Below the pieces are notes generated by a model. That model was not told the DNA's origin. It made no database searches and was given only the letters and a program-made list of their open reading frames with translations. Positions 29,176-40,164 of a stretch of DNA of 64,000 bases are shown one piece after another. Every line of letters begins with the position of its first letter. Position 1 is the stretch's first letter. The stretch spans positions 496,001-560,000 of the forward strand of contig CP128815.1 of assembly GCA_051546255.1 (NCBI GenBank). The letters run 5' to 3'. This DNA comes from Meyerozyma guilliermondii (lineage: Eukaryota). The translations under genes and the position numbers were made by a program.

Positions 29176-32100
29176 TCAAGCAGCAGTATCGACTGCAACA
29201 TCTTCATCTGGATACTCACGGAGGTCCAAGGTGACGGTTTTTGAGCTATTGGCCTGCTGCTCCCTATAAATTCCAACAAGAGCGTCAGATTTCTCAAACA
29301 AAGTGTTTTTCAACGAAATAACAATGAACTGAAAATTGGGTCCGGCATGGTTCTTGATGTAAGTCGCTATACGATTGACGTTTGCAACATCAAGAGCAGC
29401 ATCTACCTCGTCCAAAACAAAGAAGGGCGAAGGTTGATACGAGTGGATTGCAAATAGCAAAGCCAAAGCAGCCATGGTTTTTTCTCCTCCTGAAAGAAGA
29501 TCCATATCACGGAACCGTTTACTTGGTGGCATAGCGTGATATTTAACACCAGCATTGTATGGTTCTTCCTCGTCTTCCAAGGTCAAAGAAGCAACTCCGC
29601 CAAATGGCGAAGATGACGATCTGGTCAATTCCTTGTATATGAAGTCTATCTTTTCAGCAAGATGGTTGAAAGTTGTCATGAACATGCGAAGTCGATTCTC
29701 AGTAACCTTTTTGAATTTCTCGTATGCTTTGTTCTCCGCTTGTCGTGCTTTCGTGTGATCCCGGTCGTAGCTTTTGAGCTTCTTTTCAACCTCCTTTAGA
29801 CGCTCTGTTGCTTTTGCGTTGGGTGCCAATTGCTCCAACTCCTCTGTTATCGATTCAATCTTTGCAGCCATTTCTGCTTCCACCTTGTAACTATAGTTGT
29901 CACGCAACCGCTTCTGCAAAAGATCATAGTCCACCTCAATGGAATATATATGATCCAGAATATGATCCATGGTTTCGTCAATCTCAAACGTCTCGAGTAG
30001 ACCGTCCTTAAGCGGTACATTTATGCCATCAATTTTGCATGATTTGAGAACGGAAATACGCTCCATGTCAACGTTTAAAAGTGACTCCTCCATACCTGCA
30101 ACAGCTCGTGATTCAGACGCTAGCTCATCTTTGATATCTGTGATTTGCGAGTCGATTTCTTCCGCCGCTTTGGTTTTGCTGGCAACTTGAGTGTCAAATT
30201 GATCCTTTTCAGATTGTAGAACTTCTAATTCCGCTTCGAGTTTGTCGACATCGCTTTCCTTAAGGCTCTTCTCATCCAACTTTTCCACTATCTGGCCCTC
30301 AATTTTCAAAATTCTCTCAGCAAGATCATCTAGCCTATTCTGCGTTTCCTCCACAGACTCTTGGTCAAATTCGAGTTTGTTCTTCAAAGTTGAAATTGCC
30401 TTGGAGTACTGCATCCTCTCCTTGGCTCTCAGACGTAACGCTGATCCATATTTATCTTCGTAGTCAGTAATACCATTAGCGAATGAATATTTCTTGCAGA
30501 AACCATCATAAATCTTATTCTGCAATGATGTAACTTCCTCTTCGCACGAATTGATTTCTTCTTCGATTTCTTGCTTCAATTGCATCTTTTCCTCTATGGA
30601 TGTGTTCACGTCTGCGATGAGCTTATCCTGGTACTCTATCTCAGATTTCTTATCCTGGATGGCTCTTTCGATAGCTTCTCGTTGACCTGTCAATAATTGG
30701 ATATTATCTTCCAACGCAATAACCTTTTCAGCAAGGTCATTGATCTCCATTTCCTTGGGACGCTGCTCAGAAAGTGATGCAAGTTTCACCGCGAGCTCTT
30801 CCTTCACTTGCGACAACTTATTCCACTCATTCTTATCCCACTGTACAAAGGATGAGGACCTTTCTTTCTGTCTTCCACCGCTCATGATACCAGACTTCAG
30901 AATCACAGATCCATCGAGCGTTACAAGTTTATTTTTCAATGAAGAGCCACCACCCCATTTCAATGAGCGTGCTAAATTGATATCGTCGACAACTATGGTG
31001 TCCTCCACCACATACCGAATAGCCTGTTCTAATTCTGGATCGTCATACTCGACAATATCAATGCCTGGTCTAGCAGAGGGATGAAGTGAACGCAAATGGC
31101 TCAAGTTGATGGGGTCGCTAGTCACAGAGTCCAACGGAATGAATGTTGCTACTCCAGATCTTCTCTCCTTGAGAATCTCGATGCACTTGTGGGCTATAGT
31201 CGCAGTCTCAACAACGATAGAGTCAAAATTGCGTCCTAAAGTAGTCAGCAAAGCTTCTTCGTACTTTTGGTTCGTTGGTCTCACCAAGTCATAAAGCTGC
31301 CCACGTATAGCACCTTTGGGAAAATGCCGTTTGAGCATAGCGACATTCTCTCTCAAAGCCTTCTGCTTGTTTGACTCCCTCCGTCGAGAAGAGAGTTCAT
31401 CGAGTTTTAACAAGACGTCTCGAAGCTTAGAGTTGAGGTCGAGTTCCTGGCGAGAAAGCTCTTCTTTTTGACTGATAAGCTTGGAGCGAGAGACCTCAGC
31501 AGACGAAATGTCACCTTGTACATCGCTGATTCTGGATGCTATCTCATCGCGCTTGTAGGAAAGTTCAGTCTCGATAGTAATTTCTAGTTTTTCCTTCCTT
31601 GACTCAGCAGTCTTTAGTTGTCGTCTCAAATTAGTCAAGGTCACCTCAAGGGCTTCTTGATCATTGTGTACCAAGCTGAGCTTCTCTTCCAATTGTGCGC
31701 CTCCAGAAGCGAGATACTCTGCACGCAAAGACTCATAATCTTGCTGGCATTGTGGGGAAACTTTTATATTGGAAGCCAGAGAAATTTTGTCTTGGAACTC
31801 CTTGTAAAGACGCTCCGAATCCTTGAGCTGTTTCTCAAGGTTGGTCACTGCTTTCTTGCGAGAAGTCATTTCCAGAGTTAGTTCCTTTTGCTTCGACTTG
31901 AGTTGGTTAACCTTGGCCATCAAAGACCTTTTGGAAGCATCGATTGGTATGAGATTCTTACGTTCCAGTTCGATGTTCTTCACTAAAGAAGCGATTTGCA
32001 GAGAAAACTTCTTTTGGCGAAGCACATCTTTCGCTTGAGCCGATACCAATTTGTCGTAGAGTTCCTTCTTCTCTTCTATTTGCAGTTCGAGCTTTGCAAT

Positions 32101-32880
32101 TTCTTCAGTTTTGGAACCAATCTCACTGGATATTTGAGCATGTTTCTGCTCATTGTGATAAAGCTTGTACAAATGAAGAAGTTTCGTGATATCGACGCGT
32201 TCCTGCAACTTTGTCTCGAACGTTTCCTTCTCGGCAAGCTGCTCTTTATATTGACGCGATTCCGAGTTTAACGTTTTCTTGTGCAGAAAGACCTGGGTAG
32301 TAAACTCGTGCGCGGCATCATATTCATCTTTGAGTTTATCGTACTCTGGTTTAAGTTCTCCCGAGCCACTGATGGTCTCAATGAGCTGGGCAAGATCGCG
32401 AGGTGACTGCGATGCTATTTGCTCCACATCGCCTTGGAACACCAAAAAGTTTCTTGCCTTGATCAAAATGTTTTCCTCTTTCAATACCATGGAGTACTGA
32501 TACGCCGTCACATTCTTATTGTTGATCTTGTAGTCTCCATTTCCACTGGATCCTATAGTTCTTTTGAGTTCCAATTGCAGACCATCGTCTTTTTCGTAGA
32601 TGGCCTTTACATATGCCGAAGTTGGATTTGAGTGTTCGAAACTTGTATCTGCAGCTGAATCTCCACCAATTCTTCCCCGGTAGATTAAATCCTGGAGATT
32701 TCTAGACCGTAATTGAGACGAATTTACGCCTAAAACGAACGAAATTGCGTCCATCATATTTGACTTTCCGGCTCCATTCGGACCAATAATGGAGGTAAAA
32801 AACGAGTCCCCGAAGCCCACTTTGCATGTTCCTCGATAGGATTTGAAGTTGTAAAGCTCCAAGCCTACTAAACGGCCCAT
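29176..32880 (-). CDS. SMC1: Cohesin subunit Smc1
   Basis: MGRLVGLELYNFKSY, GPNGAGKSN, hinge ATFIPLD, LSGGEKT, FFVLDEVDAALD. ATG at 32880. Confidence 0.97.
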   Translation of the reverse strand: MGRLVGLELYNFKSYRGTCKVGFGDSFFTSIIGPNGAGKSNMMDAISFVLGVNSSQLRSRNLQDLIYRGRIGGDSAADTSFEHSNPTSAYVKAIYEKDDGLQLELKRTIGSSGNGDYKINNKNVTAYQYSMVLKEENILIKARNFLVFQGDVEQIASQSPRDLAQLIETISGSGELKPEYDKLKDEYDAAHEFTTQVFLHKKTLNSESRQYKEQLAEKETFETKLQERVDITKLLHLYKLYHNEQKHAQISSEIGSKTEEIAKLELQIEEKKELYDKLVSAQAKDVLRQKKFSLQIASLVKNIELERKNLIPIDASKRSLMAKVNQLKSKQKELTLEMTSRKKAVTNLEKQLKDSERLYKEFQDKISLASNIKVSPQCQQDYESLRAEYLASGGAQLEEKLSLVHNDQEALEVTLTNLRRQLKTAESRKEKLEITIETELSYKRDEIASRISDVQGDISSAEVSRSKLISQKEELSRQELDLNSKLRDVLLKLDELSSRRRESNKQKALRENVAMLKRHFPKGAIRGQLYDLVRPTNQKYEEALLTTLGRNFDSIVVETATIAHKCIEILKERRSGVATFIPLDSVTSDPINLSHLRSLHPSARPGIDIVEYDDPELEQAIRYVVEDTIVVDDINLARSLKWGGGSSLKNKLVTLDGSVILKSGIMSGGRQKERSSSFVQWDKNEWNKLSQVKEELAVKLASLSEQRPKEMEINDLAEKVIALEDNIQLLTGQREAIERAIQDKKSEIEYQDKLIADVNTSIEEKMQLKQEIEEEINSCEEEVTSLQNKIYDGFCKKYSFANGITDYEDKYGSALRLRAKERMQYSKAISTLKNKLEFDQESVEETQNRLDDLAERILKIEGQIVEKLDEKSLKESDVDKLEAELEVLQSEKDQFDTQVASKTKAAEEIDSQITDIKDELASESRAVAGMEESLLNVDMERISVLKSCKIDGINVPLKDGLLETFEIDETMDHILDHIYSIEVDYDLLQKRLRDNYSYKVEAEMAAKIESITEELEQLAPNAKATERLKEVEKKLKSYDRDHTKARQAENKAYEKFKKVTENRLRMFMTTFNHLAEKIDFIYKELTRSSSSPFGGVASLTLEDEEEPYNAGVKYHAMPPSKRFRDMDLLSGGEKTMAALALLFAIHSYQPSPFFVLDEVDAALDVANVNRIATYIKNHAGPNFQFIVISLKNTLFEKSDALVGIYREQQANSSKTVTLDLREYPDEDVAVDTAA

Positions 32881-32900
32881 GGTGAAAGACGTGTTTTGTG

Positions 32901-32931
32901 CGCGTCTTCGCGTTGCATTGATTTGAATTTG
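32901..32931 (-). promoter_or_regulatory. CAAATTCAAATCAA + two ACGCG (MCB core) upstream of SMC1
   Basis: Minus strand reads CAAATTCAAATCAAtgcAACGCGaagACGCG. Confidence 0.6.
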
Positions 32932-33071
32932 AGTGCGGTGTATGGGTGGATAACCAATTTGATCTGGGGTAGTTGGTGTTTGGGCCGAGCGCCTTGGAGC
33001 GTACGGCTCTACCATGAGGATTGAGACTAAATTGATAACAATTGACAGGAACGCCACAGCAAAACCTCCCG

Positions 33072-35108
33072 ATGTTTTCGTGCCTTCCCATTGAGGAGTT
33101 GTTTAGTAGCAGAGTAAAATTGGAGGGGGATGATGACTCGTTGATGGAAAATGAAAAGTTACTTGGATTTAACGAAGAAGACAATTTCCGAGAATATGAT
33201 AGCATTGATGATCTTCATGCTTTTGAGGCTCCCAAATTGAAGCAAAGCAACGTTCTGAGCGGTGAAAAGCTCCGGGCCTTGCGTAAGCTCATGAAAGACT
33301 ATGGAGTGGGTGTATATTTGGTGCCTTCCGAAGACGAGCATCAGTCAGAATACACTTCTTTGGCAGATAAAAGAAGAGAGTATCTCTGTGGATTTTCAGG
33401 AAGTGCTGGAATATGCGTGGTGACCCTAGATGATGCCTCAGAACTCACCGGAGAAGCTGCTTTGTCGACAGATGGCCGGTACTTTCTCCAGGCCGAAAAG
33501 GAACTAGATCCAAATCATTGGACTCTTTTGAAGCAAGGTGCTGCTGGCTACCCTACGTGGCAGGAATATGCTGTGAGGAAAGCAGAGCAAAGTAGGTTTA
33601 GCAACGTGATTTCGTGTGATCCAGAACTCATCAGTTTGTCCACCGGAGAGCGGTTCAGAAGCATGGCTGGAAATTTCAAGTTTGAACCAATTCTAGAAGT
33701 CAATTTTGTGGATGAGATTTGGGAGAACAAGCCCCAGCGGTCTCTCGACCCAATTTATGAGCTTCCGCTTGAATACAGTGGAGAATCTGCTAACGATAAG
33801 ATCGCTCGTGTGCGCAGCGAAATGGAAAAACTTGGAGGAACCCATTTGATCATTTCGGCTCTTGACGAAGTAGCATGGCTTTTGAACCTTCGTGCTGACA
33901 CAGACATTCCTTTTTCTCCTGTTTTTTTCAGTTATATTATCGTGGACCACCGAAAAGTGACATTGTACATCAACCGTGAAAAATTGTCGAATGTGAAAAA
34001 TTACCTAAAGTCCATTGATGGACTTGAAAGCAAAGATACTTCTGATTTCCTTGCTGATTTGAAGCTGCTTAACAAGGATTCAGCGCTTATACTTCCTGAT
34101 AAAGCATCAACCACCTATGCTGTTTCTGAAGCAGTCAAACATTTGGATACTCAGTACAACTCTGTGGTGTCATTTTTGAAGATCGTCAAGAACAAAACCG
34201 AGCTTTTCAACGCTACAGTTGCCCAGCACAAAGACTCTCTAGTGTTCATAATCCTCGGTTCATGGCTTGAGCAGCAATTGTTGGAGAAAAATCAAAAAAT
34301 CACCGAATTCGATGCTGCCTCAAAAATTTACGCTCTTCGAGAACAAATGCCCAACTTCAAGGGATTGTCTTATGAAACCATAGCGTCCACTGGAGCAAAC
34401 GCTGCTATCATCCACTATGCTCCCACCAAAGAAAACTGTAAAATAATTGATCCTACAAAGGTTTTTCTTCTTGATTCCGGTGCTCATTATTTGGAGGGAA
34501 CAACCGATATCACCAGAACCTACAAATTTGGCTACAATGGGGTCACGGACAGACTCAGGAAGCTCTATACGCTAGGTTTGAAGTCCCACTTGGCTGTTGC
34601 AACAGCTGTTTTTCCTTCGGGTGGATCCTGTGGTTCTATTCTAGATGCTTATTCTCGTCAACCTTTGTGGAACGAAGGACTAGATTTCAACCACGGAACC
34701 GGCCACGGAGTAGGAAGCTTTGGGAATGCTCACGAGGGTCCTTTGTACATCTCCACAACTACTGGTGGATCTTCAACACAAAACGTCTTTAAAGTTGGAG
34801 GAATTTTAACCGATGAACCGGGAGTTTATCTTGAAAAAGAAGAACTTGGAATTCGAATAGAAAGTGAATTGGAGATAATTGAGCATTCAAGCACTGACAG
34901 AAATGGAAAACCAATGTTGGCATTCAAATATTTGACTCATGTTCCTTTCTGTCGTAAGCTAATTGACAAGTATTACTTGAGTGGACTGGAAATTGACTGG
35001 ATCAACCATTACCATTCCAACATTCGGGCCACTTTTGCTGGAAAATTGAGGAGCCTAGGCGAGTACCGTGCAGAAAAATGGTTGATAAATGAGACCCGGC
35101 CATTATAG
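33072..35108 (+). CDS. FRA1: Xaa-Pro aminopeptidase (M24B), Fra1-like
   Basis: PSEDEHQSEY, TDGRYFLQA, LDSGAHYLEGTTDITRT, HGTGHGVG, HEGP, EPG, GIRIE. Start uncertain. Confidence 0.9.
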   Translation: MFSCLPIEELFSSRVKLEGDDDSLMENEKLLGFNEEDNFREYDSIDDLHAFEAPKLKQSNVLSGEKLRALRKLMKDYGVGVYLVPSEDEHQSEYTSLADKRREYLCGFSGSAGICVVTLDDASELTGEAALSTDGRYFLQAEKELDPNHWTLLKQGAAGYPTWQEYAVRKAEQSRFSNVISCDPELISLSTGERFRSMAGNFKFEPILEVNFVDEIWENKPQRSLDPIYELPLEYSGESANDKIARVRSEMEKLGGTHLIISALDEVAWLLNLRADTDIPFSPVFFSYIIVDHRKVTLYINREKLSNVKNYLKSIDGLESKDTSDFLADLKLLNKDSALILPDKASTTYAVSEAVKHLDTQYNSVVSFLKIVKNKTELFNATVAQHKDSLVFIILGSWLEQQLLEKNQKITEFDAASKIYALREQMPNFKGLSYETIASTGANAAIIHYAPTKENCKIIDPTKVFLLDSGAHYLEGTTDITRTYKFGYNGVTDRLRKLYTLGLKSHLAVATAVFPSGGSCGSILDAYSRQPLWNEGLDFNHGTGHGVGSFGNAHEGPLYISTTTGGSSTQNVFKVGGILTDEPGVYLEKEELGIRIESELEIIEHSSTDRNGKPMLAFKYLTHVPFCRKLIDKYYLSGLEIDWINHYHSNIRATFAGKLRSLGEYRAEKWLINETRPL

Positions 35109-35278
35109 CCAAATAGTGCAAAATGAGTATTCTGACTATTTGAGAAGACGATATAACTGGTTTAAAGTCTACTCAGTGTTGGTTATTACTTCAAATTGCT
35201 TTTGGTGTAATTGAGTTTACTGACCTACTTCTAGTCTTTTAATCAAATTTTTCTCTCCTCTATTATACACTATAGTAC

Positions 35279-35359
35279 ACTTGAACACTGGGGGATTTCC
35301 CATATGCCCAAATTTGTCTACTTGAACACCGGGGGAGTTCCTAAGCGACCCATCTTCTG
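35279..35359 (-). repeat. 41-bp diverged tandem duplication of the 3' end of the SPP41-like CDS
   Basis: ACTTGAACACYGGGGGA at 35279 and at 35320. Confidence 0.8.
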
Positions 35360-37777
35360 TGGACGCTGAAAGCTTCCTGGTTTGCGCAAACCTTTGGGTG
35401 CTTCAAGTCTTCCTTGTTTATTGGAGAGAAATGGAGACAGCTTGGTGAGTTGTGGTGGATCTTTTGGACGATAGCTGGGCATTCTCAATGGACGCAGATG
35501 ATGGGAAATCACAGAAGATGGAAGCGCTGGAGAGTGTTGAATGTAATGGGGAGTCTCCATTGGCTGGTTTGGCGGATTTAAAATCTCAGGTTTATCTTCG
35601 TGGGGTTTATAATTTGGCCGTAATCTTTTGGGTTCTGGCAAATCGGACTTTTGCACTGGTTCTCCCCACCTCATTCGTTGCGCTTCCATGAGCTGGGCCA
35701 TGGTGGTGAGAACTGCCGGTTCCACAGTTTTGAGATCAGTGCCGTTTCTGAATGCATACACCGAGGCTATGGTAGCGGTACAGGCAGAAACAGCGGGAAC
35801 CAACGCAAACGAGTCGGTGTTGAGATCGCTCAATATATGGAAAACATCATGAAGAGGTTTGGTGAGTTCGGGGTTCTTTTCTGGCCGACGGTTTTCGCGT
35901 GGTTTGTCGTCTTCCTTCTGCTGCTTTGCTAGTCTCTTAACCTTGCGCCGGTTGAACTCTTCTTCGGCCCATGCTCGTTTTTCGGCGCTGTCGTTGTCAC
36001 CAAACATAAGCGATGCTCGCTTCAACACCCGCAGCCTCAAATCGTTGTCTCGGTTCCGCTCGGCGTTTTCTTCTCTCCATCGCTTTTTCCGCTCACGATT
36101 CTCAATCCGAATACGTTCCTTGTACTCTGGTGAGTCGACTTCTGGCTTTACCAGCGTCAGCTTTCGCTCAGAACTTAAAGCAGAATTGAGCGAGCTGTCC
36201 AACGCTGCCACCATTTCTGACGAAACAGAATTCTCAATGCTATCTTGCAGCATATCTGGTAGGCGATCGGGTCCACGAACAAGGTCAATGGCTCTCGTCA
36301 CCAAGTCTGCCGCTGGACCTTCGCGTAAAAACCGCTGTGCTATCACGAGCCGAAAAACTAGGTCTTCTCTCTCGTGGGTGGACATGGACAGAATGATGTC
36401 TGTGGTGGTGGTTTTGGCCGGTGAAAAAGTCGATGTCATTTGCCGGATGGCCTGGAGTAAATTGTTGGTTCCACCAGCATGGATTCGAGAAGAAAGTGAG
36501 GAAATGAGAGAAGAAACCGATCCCGAAGTTTGAAGCAAGTTGGACGAGTCCATTGACGTTCCAGCGGGGCGCATCGAGGCACGGCGACGAGCCAACGTTT
36601 CGGCGATCAGTAGCGGCTTGTCTTTGAGATCTATGTCTTTGGAAGTGTCAAGAGATTCGAGAAACAGTGCAGTTGTGGAGGGGAGTATTTTGGCAAGTAA
36701 AGCGTTTGTGGCCGCTGAACTTCGTGCTGACGATTGGTGGTCTTCGTGGCTTGGTTCAGCTGTGGTTGAAGAGCGCAGTAAGTTGGCTAGTTCTGGGTCC
36801 ACGACATGGTCGTCATGGTCTTGGTATGCTTCTTTTTGGAAATGAGCCAACACCTGGTCGTCGATATGTGGGACTTCTTTCTCGTGTCTTTGAACCTGAG
36901 AAGTTATTTCCAGGGCAATATCTCGCAAAGTTTCCTTGGATATTTCTGTGTCTGTAGCTCGCGACACGATATTTTGTACAATGGAAGAGATATCTTCTTC
37001 CTCTCTCAAGGCACTCTTGAATGCATCGGCAATGGCAGAGTCCATGTCTTCGTGGTCGTGCTTGAGGACCTGCTGCAATGACGAGGAAATGACAGAATTG
37101 AGGTGGTCGTCGTTGGTTTCTTGGTGGTCAGAAGTGGATTTTTCGTGGTGGTTTTCGTCGTGGTTGTGGCTCTTTTCTCCGTCCATTGCCGAGCCTATTG
37201 CTCGTACCAAATCGTCTGTCTCGTCGTAGCGGCCAACTGTGCGCAAGGCGTCGCCTATGGCCGAGGTGAGTGCATCGTCTGTCTCGTCGTCGTGGCTCGA
37301 ACTGTTTGGAAGATTGGCAGAATTTTCGGAAATGTTCGTTGTTGACGAGCCGTGTACCTCTTTCTCTTCGGGTTCTCCCTGACGACCCTCTTCCATCAAG
37401 GTATCAGCTAGAGCATTCTCAATAGCTGCTGAGCTGTCGTTGTAATCATTTTGGGGTTCAATTTGAGGTTCATCATTTTGGTTATTTTGGTCATTTTTAT
37501 TTCGGTCTTGGTCATTCTGTGCCATGTTTTCATTATTCGTGTCGTTTGTGTGCTCCACATTGTGACCCACTTCCGCCTGCACACTTTGCATAGCTTGAGA
37601 AATGGCTTTTTGAAGATCGAGCTCATCGTCATCGTCTTCAACATGCAATTTTTCTGGACTTTCTGGTGGGTTTTCTGAGCTTTGTGCTTCTGCGAGTGAT
37701 TGCACAGACTGGGCAATCATGGCCCCAAGCGCCAAATCGTCCTGATCCGCTTCGGGGTCGTCCTTTGGATCCACCAT
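35318..37777 (-). CDS. SPP41: DUF3020 protein, Spp41-like
   Basis: RIRIENRERKKRWRE.N.ERNRDNDLR.RV.KRA...FG motif; long acidic N-terminus with repeated 'AI..A' helices. Confidence 0.65.
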   Translation of the reverse strand: MVDPKDDPEADQDDLALGAMIAQSVQSLAEAQSSENPPESPEKLHVEDDDDELDLQKAISQAMQSVQAEVGHNVEHTNDTNNENMAQNDQDRNKNDQNNQNDEPQIEPQNDYNDSSAAIENALADTLMEEGRQGEPEEKEVHGSSTTNISENSANLPNSSSHDDETDDALTSAIGDALRTVGRYDETDDLVRAIGSAMDGEKSHNHDENHHEKSTSDHQETNDDHLNSVISSSLQQVLKHDHEDMDSAIADAFKSALREEEDISSIVQNIVSRATDTEISKETLRDIALEITSQVQRHEKEVPHIDDQVLAHFQKEAYQDHDDHVVDPELANLLRSSTTAEPSHEDHQSSARSSAATNALLAKILPSTTALFLESLDTSKDIDLKDKPLLIAETLARRRASMRPAGTSMDSSNLLQTSGSVSSLISSLSSRIHAGGTNNLLQAIRQMTSTFSPAKTTTTDIILSMSTHEREDLVFRLVIAQRFLREGPAADLVTRAIDLVRGPDRLPDMLQDSIENSVSSEMVAALDSSLNSALSSERKLTLVKPEVDSPEYKERIRIENRERKKRWREENAERNRDNDLRLRVLKRASLMFGDNDSAEKRAWAEEEFNRRKVKRLAKQQKEDDKPRENRRPEKNPELTKPLHDVFHILSDLNTDSFALVPAVSACTATIASVYAFRNGTDLKTVEPAVLTTMAQLMEAQRMRWGEPVQKSDLPEPKRLRPNYKPHEDKPEILNPPNQPMETPHYIQHSPALPSSVISHHLRPLRMPSYRPKDPPQLTKLSPFLSNKQGRLEAPKGLRKPGSFQRPQKMGRLGTPPVFK

Positions 37778-37916
37778 GGGTTATTGTTGTGATGAGATTG
37801 ATTGTGCGAGTTTTGTGTGCACCCGTGCACCGATAAGATTTGCACCCAGAAAGGAACAGTAACAGAGAAATACCGAAAAGATTACAGACCTGGCATTTAT
37901 ATTGATCAAGTCAATT

Positions 37917-37952
37917 CTCATAGCTCTACTCATAGCTCTACTCATAGCTCTA
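37917..37952. repeat. 12-bp perfect tandem repeat CTCATAGCTCTA x3
   Basis: Directly abuts the stop codon of the gene at 37953-38798. Confidence 0.95.
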
Positions 37953-38798
37953 TTACTCATCGCGCAATGCAAAATTGACAATTAATCCAAGCCGGCCATG
38001 GCCCACTCCATCTTGTCCTCCCTGCTTGATGGTCCAGTTAAAGTTGTCCAATTTTTCGTTGGCGTAACGAAGAACATCAATGTCAAACGTGCTGTTACCG
38101 TAGGTGGGAATACTCACAGAATACTTGGAATCGGCCATTTTGACAAAGTTGGTGTCGAATTGAAGGGTGTAGGTTGCAGCATCATTATAGACAAAATCTT
38201 CACAATGACTGAGTTTGGTAAAGAACTTTTTACGCTCAGGAGGGTTGTCTGGGATGGTCAAGATGTTATCTGTGTTGGAATTGAGGTTTTCCTTGGGATT
38301 TTTCTTATCCAAATCGACCCCCATATAGGTGAAGCTGTTGAGGGCTGGAGAATAAAGATACGGCTTTTCGCCATATATATCGCCCTTGACGGTGCCATTG
38401 ATGAACCAGGTGAAAAACCGGAGTCCCGTGGACAAAAGTGTGGTGGGAACATACTCCTTAATGGGAATTGTAAAGTCGTTTCCGAACAAAAGTTCAGACC
38501 CTTTGATGGCGGTTTTGGGTGTGAATTTCACGTCCAACCTAAGATTTGGAAGAGGAGAGGTTTCTGAGGATTCTGTGGTGTTTGCTGATTCTCCATTGAG
38601 ATACTTTCCATCGCCCAAGTTGTAAAAACTGTTTGCAACATGTGGTTTTGCACCATCAAAGTTCTTGATACTAATCAAAATTTTGAACAAACCAATATCA
38701 CTTTCTACCGAAACAGCTTTTCCTGAATTCACCGGAACCACCTGTGACTCCTCTGGGTTGTAGGAAGTTCCAGCACGAATTAATAATCGCTTGACCAT
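37953..38798 (-). CDS. Conserved fungal DUF1769/UPF0590-like protein
   Basis: L.IRAG.SY...VPVN, LLFGNDF, GDIYGEKPYLYSPAL, RKKFF. Confidence 0.7.
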   Translation of the reverse strand: MVKRLLIRAGTSYNPEESQVVPVNSGKAVSVESDIGLFKILISIKNFDGAKPHVANSFYNLGDGKYLNGESANTTESSETSPLPNLRLDVKFTPKTAIKGSELLFGNDFTIPIKEYVPTTLLSTGLRFFTWFINGTVKGDIYGEKPYLYSPALNSFTYMGVDLDKKNPKENLNSNTDNILTIPDNPPERKKFFTKLSHCEDFVYNDAATYTLQFDTNFVKMADSKYSVSIPTYGNSTFDIDVLRYANEKLDNFNWTIKQGGQDGVGHGRLGLIVNFALRDE

Positions 38799-39192
38799 GG
38801 TAATTACAGAGCAAACGGGCTACAAGTTGTTGCTGCGGTTGTGCAGGCTGGTGCACGGGTGCGGCCGACTCAGTAGTTGCAGCCGTCACCGCCAGCGGTC
38901 GCGCCGGATCGCTTATTAAGCCGGCGACTCACGTGCCACAGGGTGCTTGGTGCATGGGTGTAACTAACTCCACGGAAAAGAAGTAAATTGAAAAAGCAGA
39001 AGCAGAAACTTATATAAAAGGAAATGACAAAACACCCTGTTATCTCGGTTTCTCCTTTTTTGTCTTCCAAATCCTTTCTTTCTTGGGTGTCCTTCTCGGA
39101 CACCGGTCCCCCATCGCTTGGATGCAGGACCCCCACCTGCAACGGTGCGAACTATTTAAGTGTCCGAAAATTCCCCCCATACCGCAACTACC

Positions 39193-40161
39193 ATGACCAA
39201 TTCTCTTGAACAATTGAAAGCTACCGGAACCGTTATTGTTACCGATACCGGTGAGTTTGAGTCCATCGCCAAGTACAAGCCTCAGGATGCCACCACCAAT
39301 CCATCTTTGATTTTGGCTGCTTCTAAAAAACAAGAATACGCCAAGTTGATTGACGTTGCCATTGACTACGCCAAGGACAAGGGATCCAGTAAGAAGGAAA
39401 AGGCTAACATTGCCTTGGACAGACTTTTGGTGGAGTTTGGTAAGAAGATTTTGGATATTGTTCCAGGCCGTGTTTCCACCGAGGTTGATGCCCGGTTGTC
39501 CTTTGACAAGCAAGCCACCATTAACAAGGCACTTTCCATTATTGACTTGTACGAGAAGGAAGGTATTTCTCGTGACCGGATTCTCATCAAGATTGCTTCC
39601 ACTTGGGAGGGTATCCAGGCTGCACGTGAATTGGAAGAGAAGCACAATATCCACTGTAACTTGACATTGTTGTTCTCTTTCGTGCAAGCCGTTGCTTGTG
39701 CCGAAGCCAAGGTCACCTTGATCTCTCCTTTCGTTGGAAGAATCTTGGACTGGTACAAGGCTAGCACCGGTAAGGATTACGATGCTGAATCGGACCCTGG
39801 TGTTCTTTCCGTTCGTCAAATTTACTCCTACTACAAGAAGTTTGGTTACAAGACCATTGTCATGGGTGCCTCGTTCAGAAACGTTGGAGAAATCAAGGCT
39901 CTTGCTGGTTGTGACTTTTTGACTGTGGCTCCAAAGTTGTTGGAAGAGTTGTACAACTCTCAAGATGACGTTCCCCAGAAATTGGATGCAGCTAAGGCTC
40001 TGAGTGATGATCTTGAAAAGGTTTCATACGTTGACGATGAGGCCCAATTCCGTCTTTTGTTGAACGAGGACGCCATGGCTACTGAAAAGTTGGCCCAAGG
40101 TATCAGAAACTTTGGTAAGGATGCCGACACTTTGTTGAAGGAGTTGGAAGAGAGATTTTAA
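39193..40161 (+). CDS. TAL1: Transaldolase
   Basis: [42 protein letters not shown]; strong codon bias. ATG at 39193. Confidence 0.98.
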   Translation: MTNSLEQLKATGTVIVTDTGEFESIAKYKPQDATTNPSLILAASKKQEYAKLIDVAIDYAKDKGSSKKEKANIALDRLLVEFGKKILDIVPGRVSTEVDARLSFDKQATINKALSIIDLYEKEGISRDRILIKIASTWEGIQAARELEEKHNIHCNLTLLFSFVQAVACAEAKVTLISPFVGRILDWYKASTGKDYDAESDPGVLSVRQIYSYYKKFGYKTIVMGASFRNVGEIKALAGCDFLTVAPKLLEELYNSQDDVPQKLDAAKALSDDLEKVSYVDDEAQFRLLLNEDAMATEKLAQGIRNFGKDADTLLKELEERF

Positions 40162-40164
40162 TAA

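Noticed and set aside
39040..39963. 307-aa antisense ORF over TAL1
   Set aside because: Shadow ORF expected from the strong codon bias of a highly expressed gene; no recognisable motifs.
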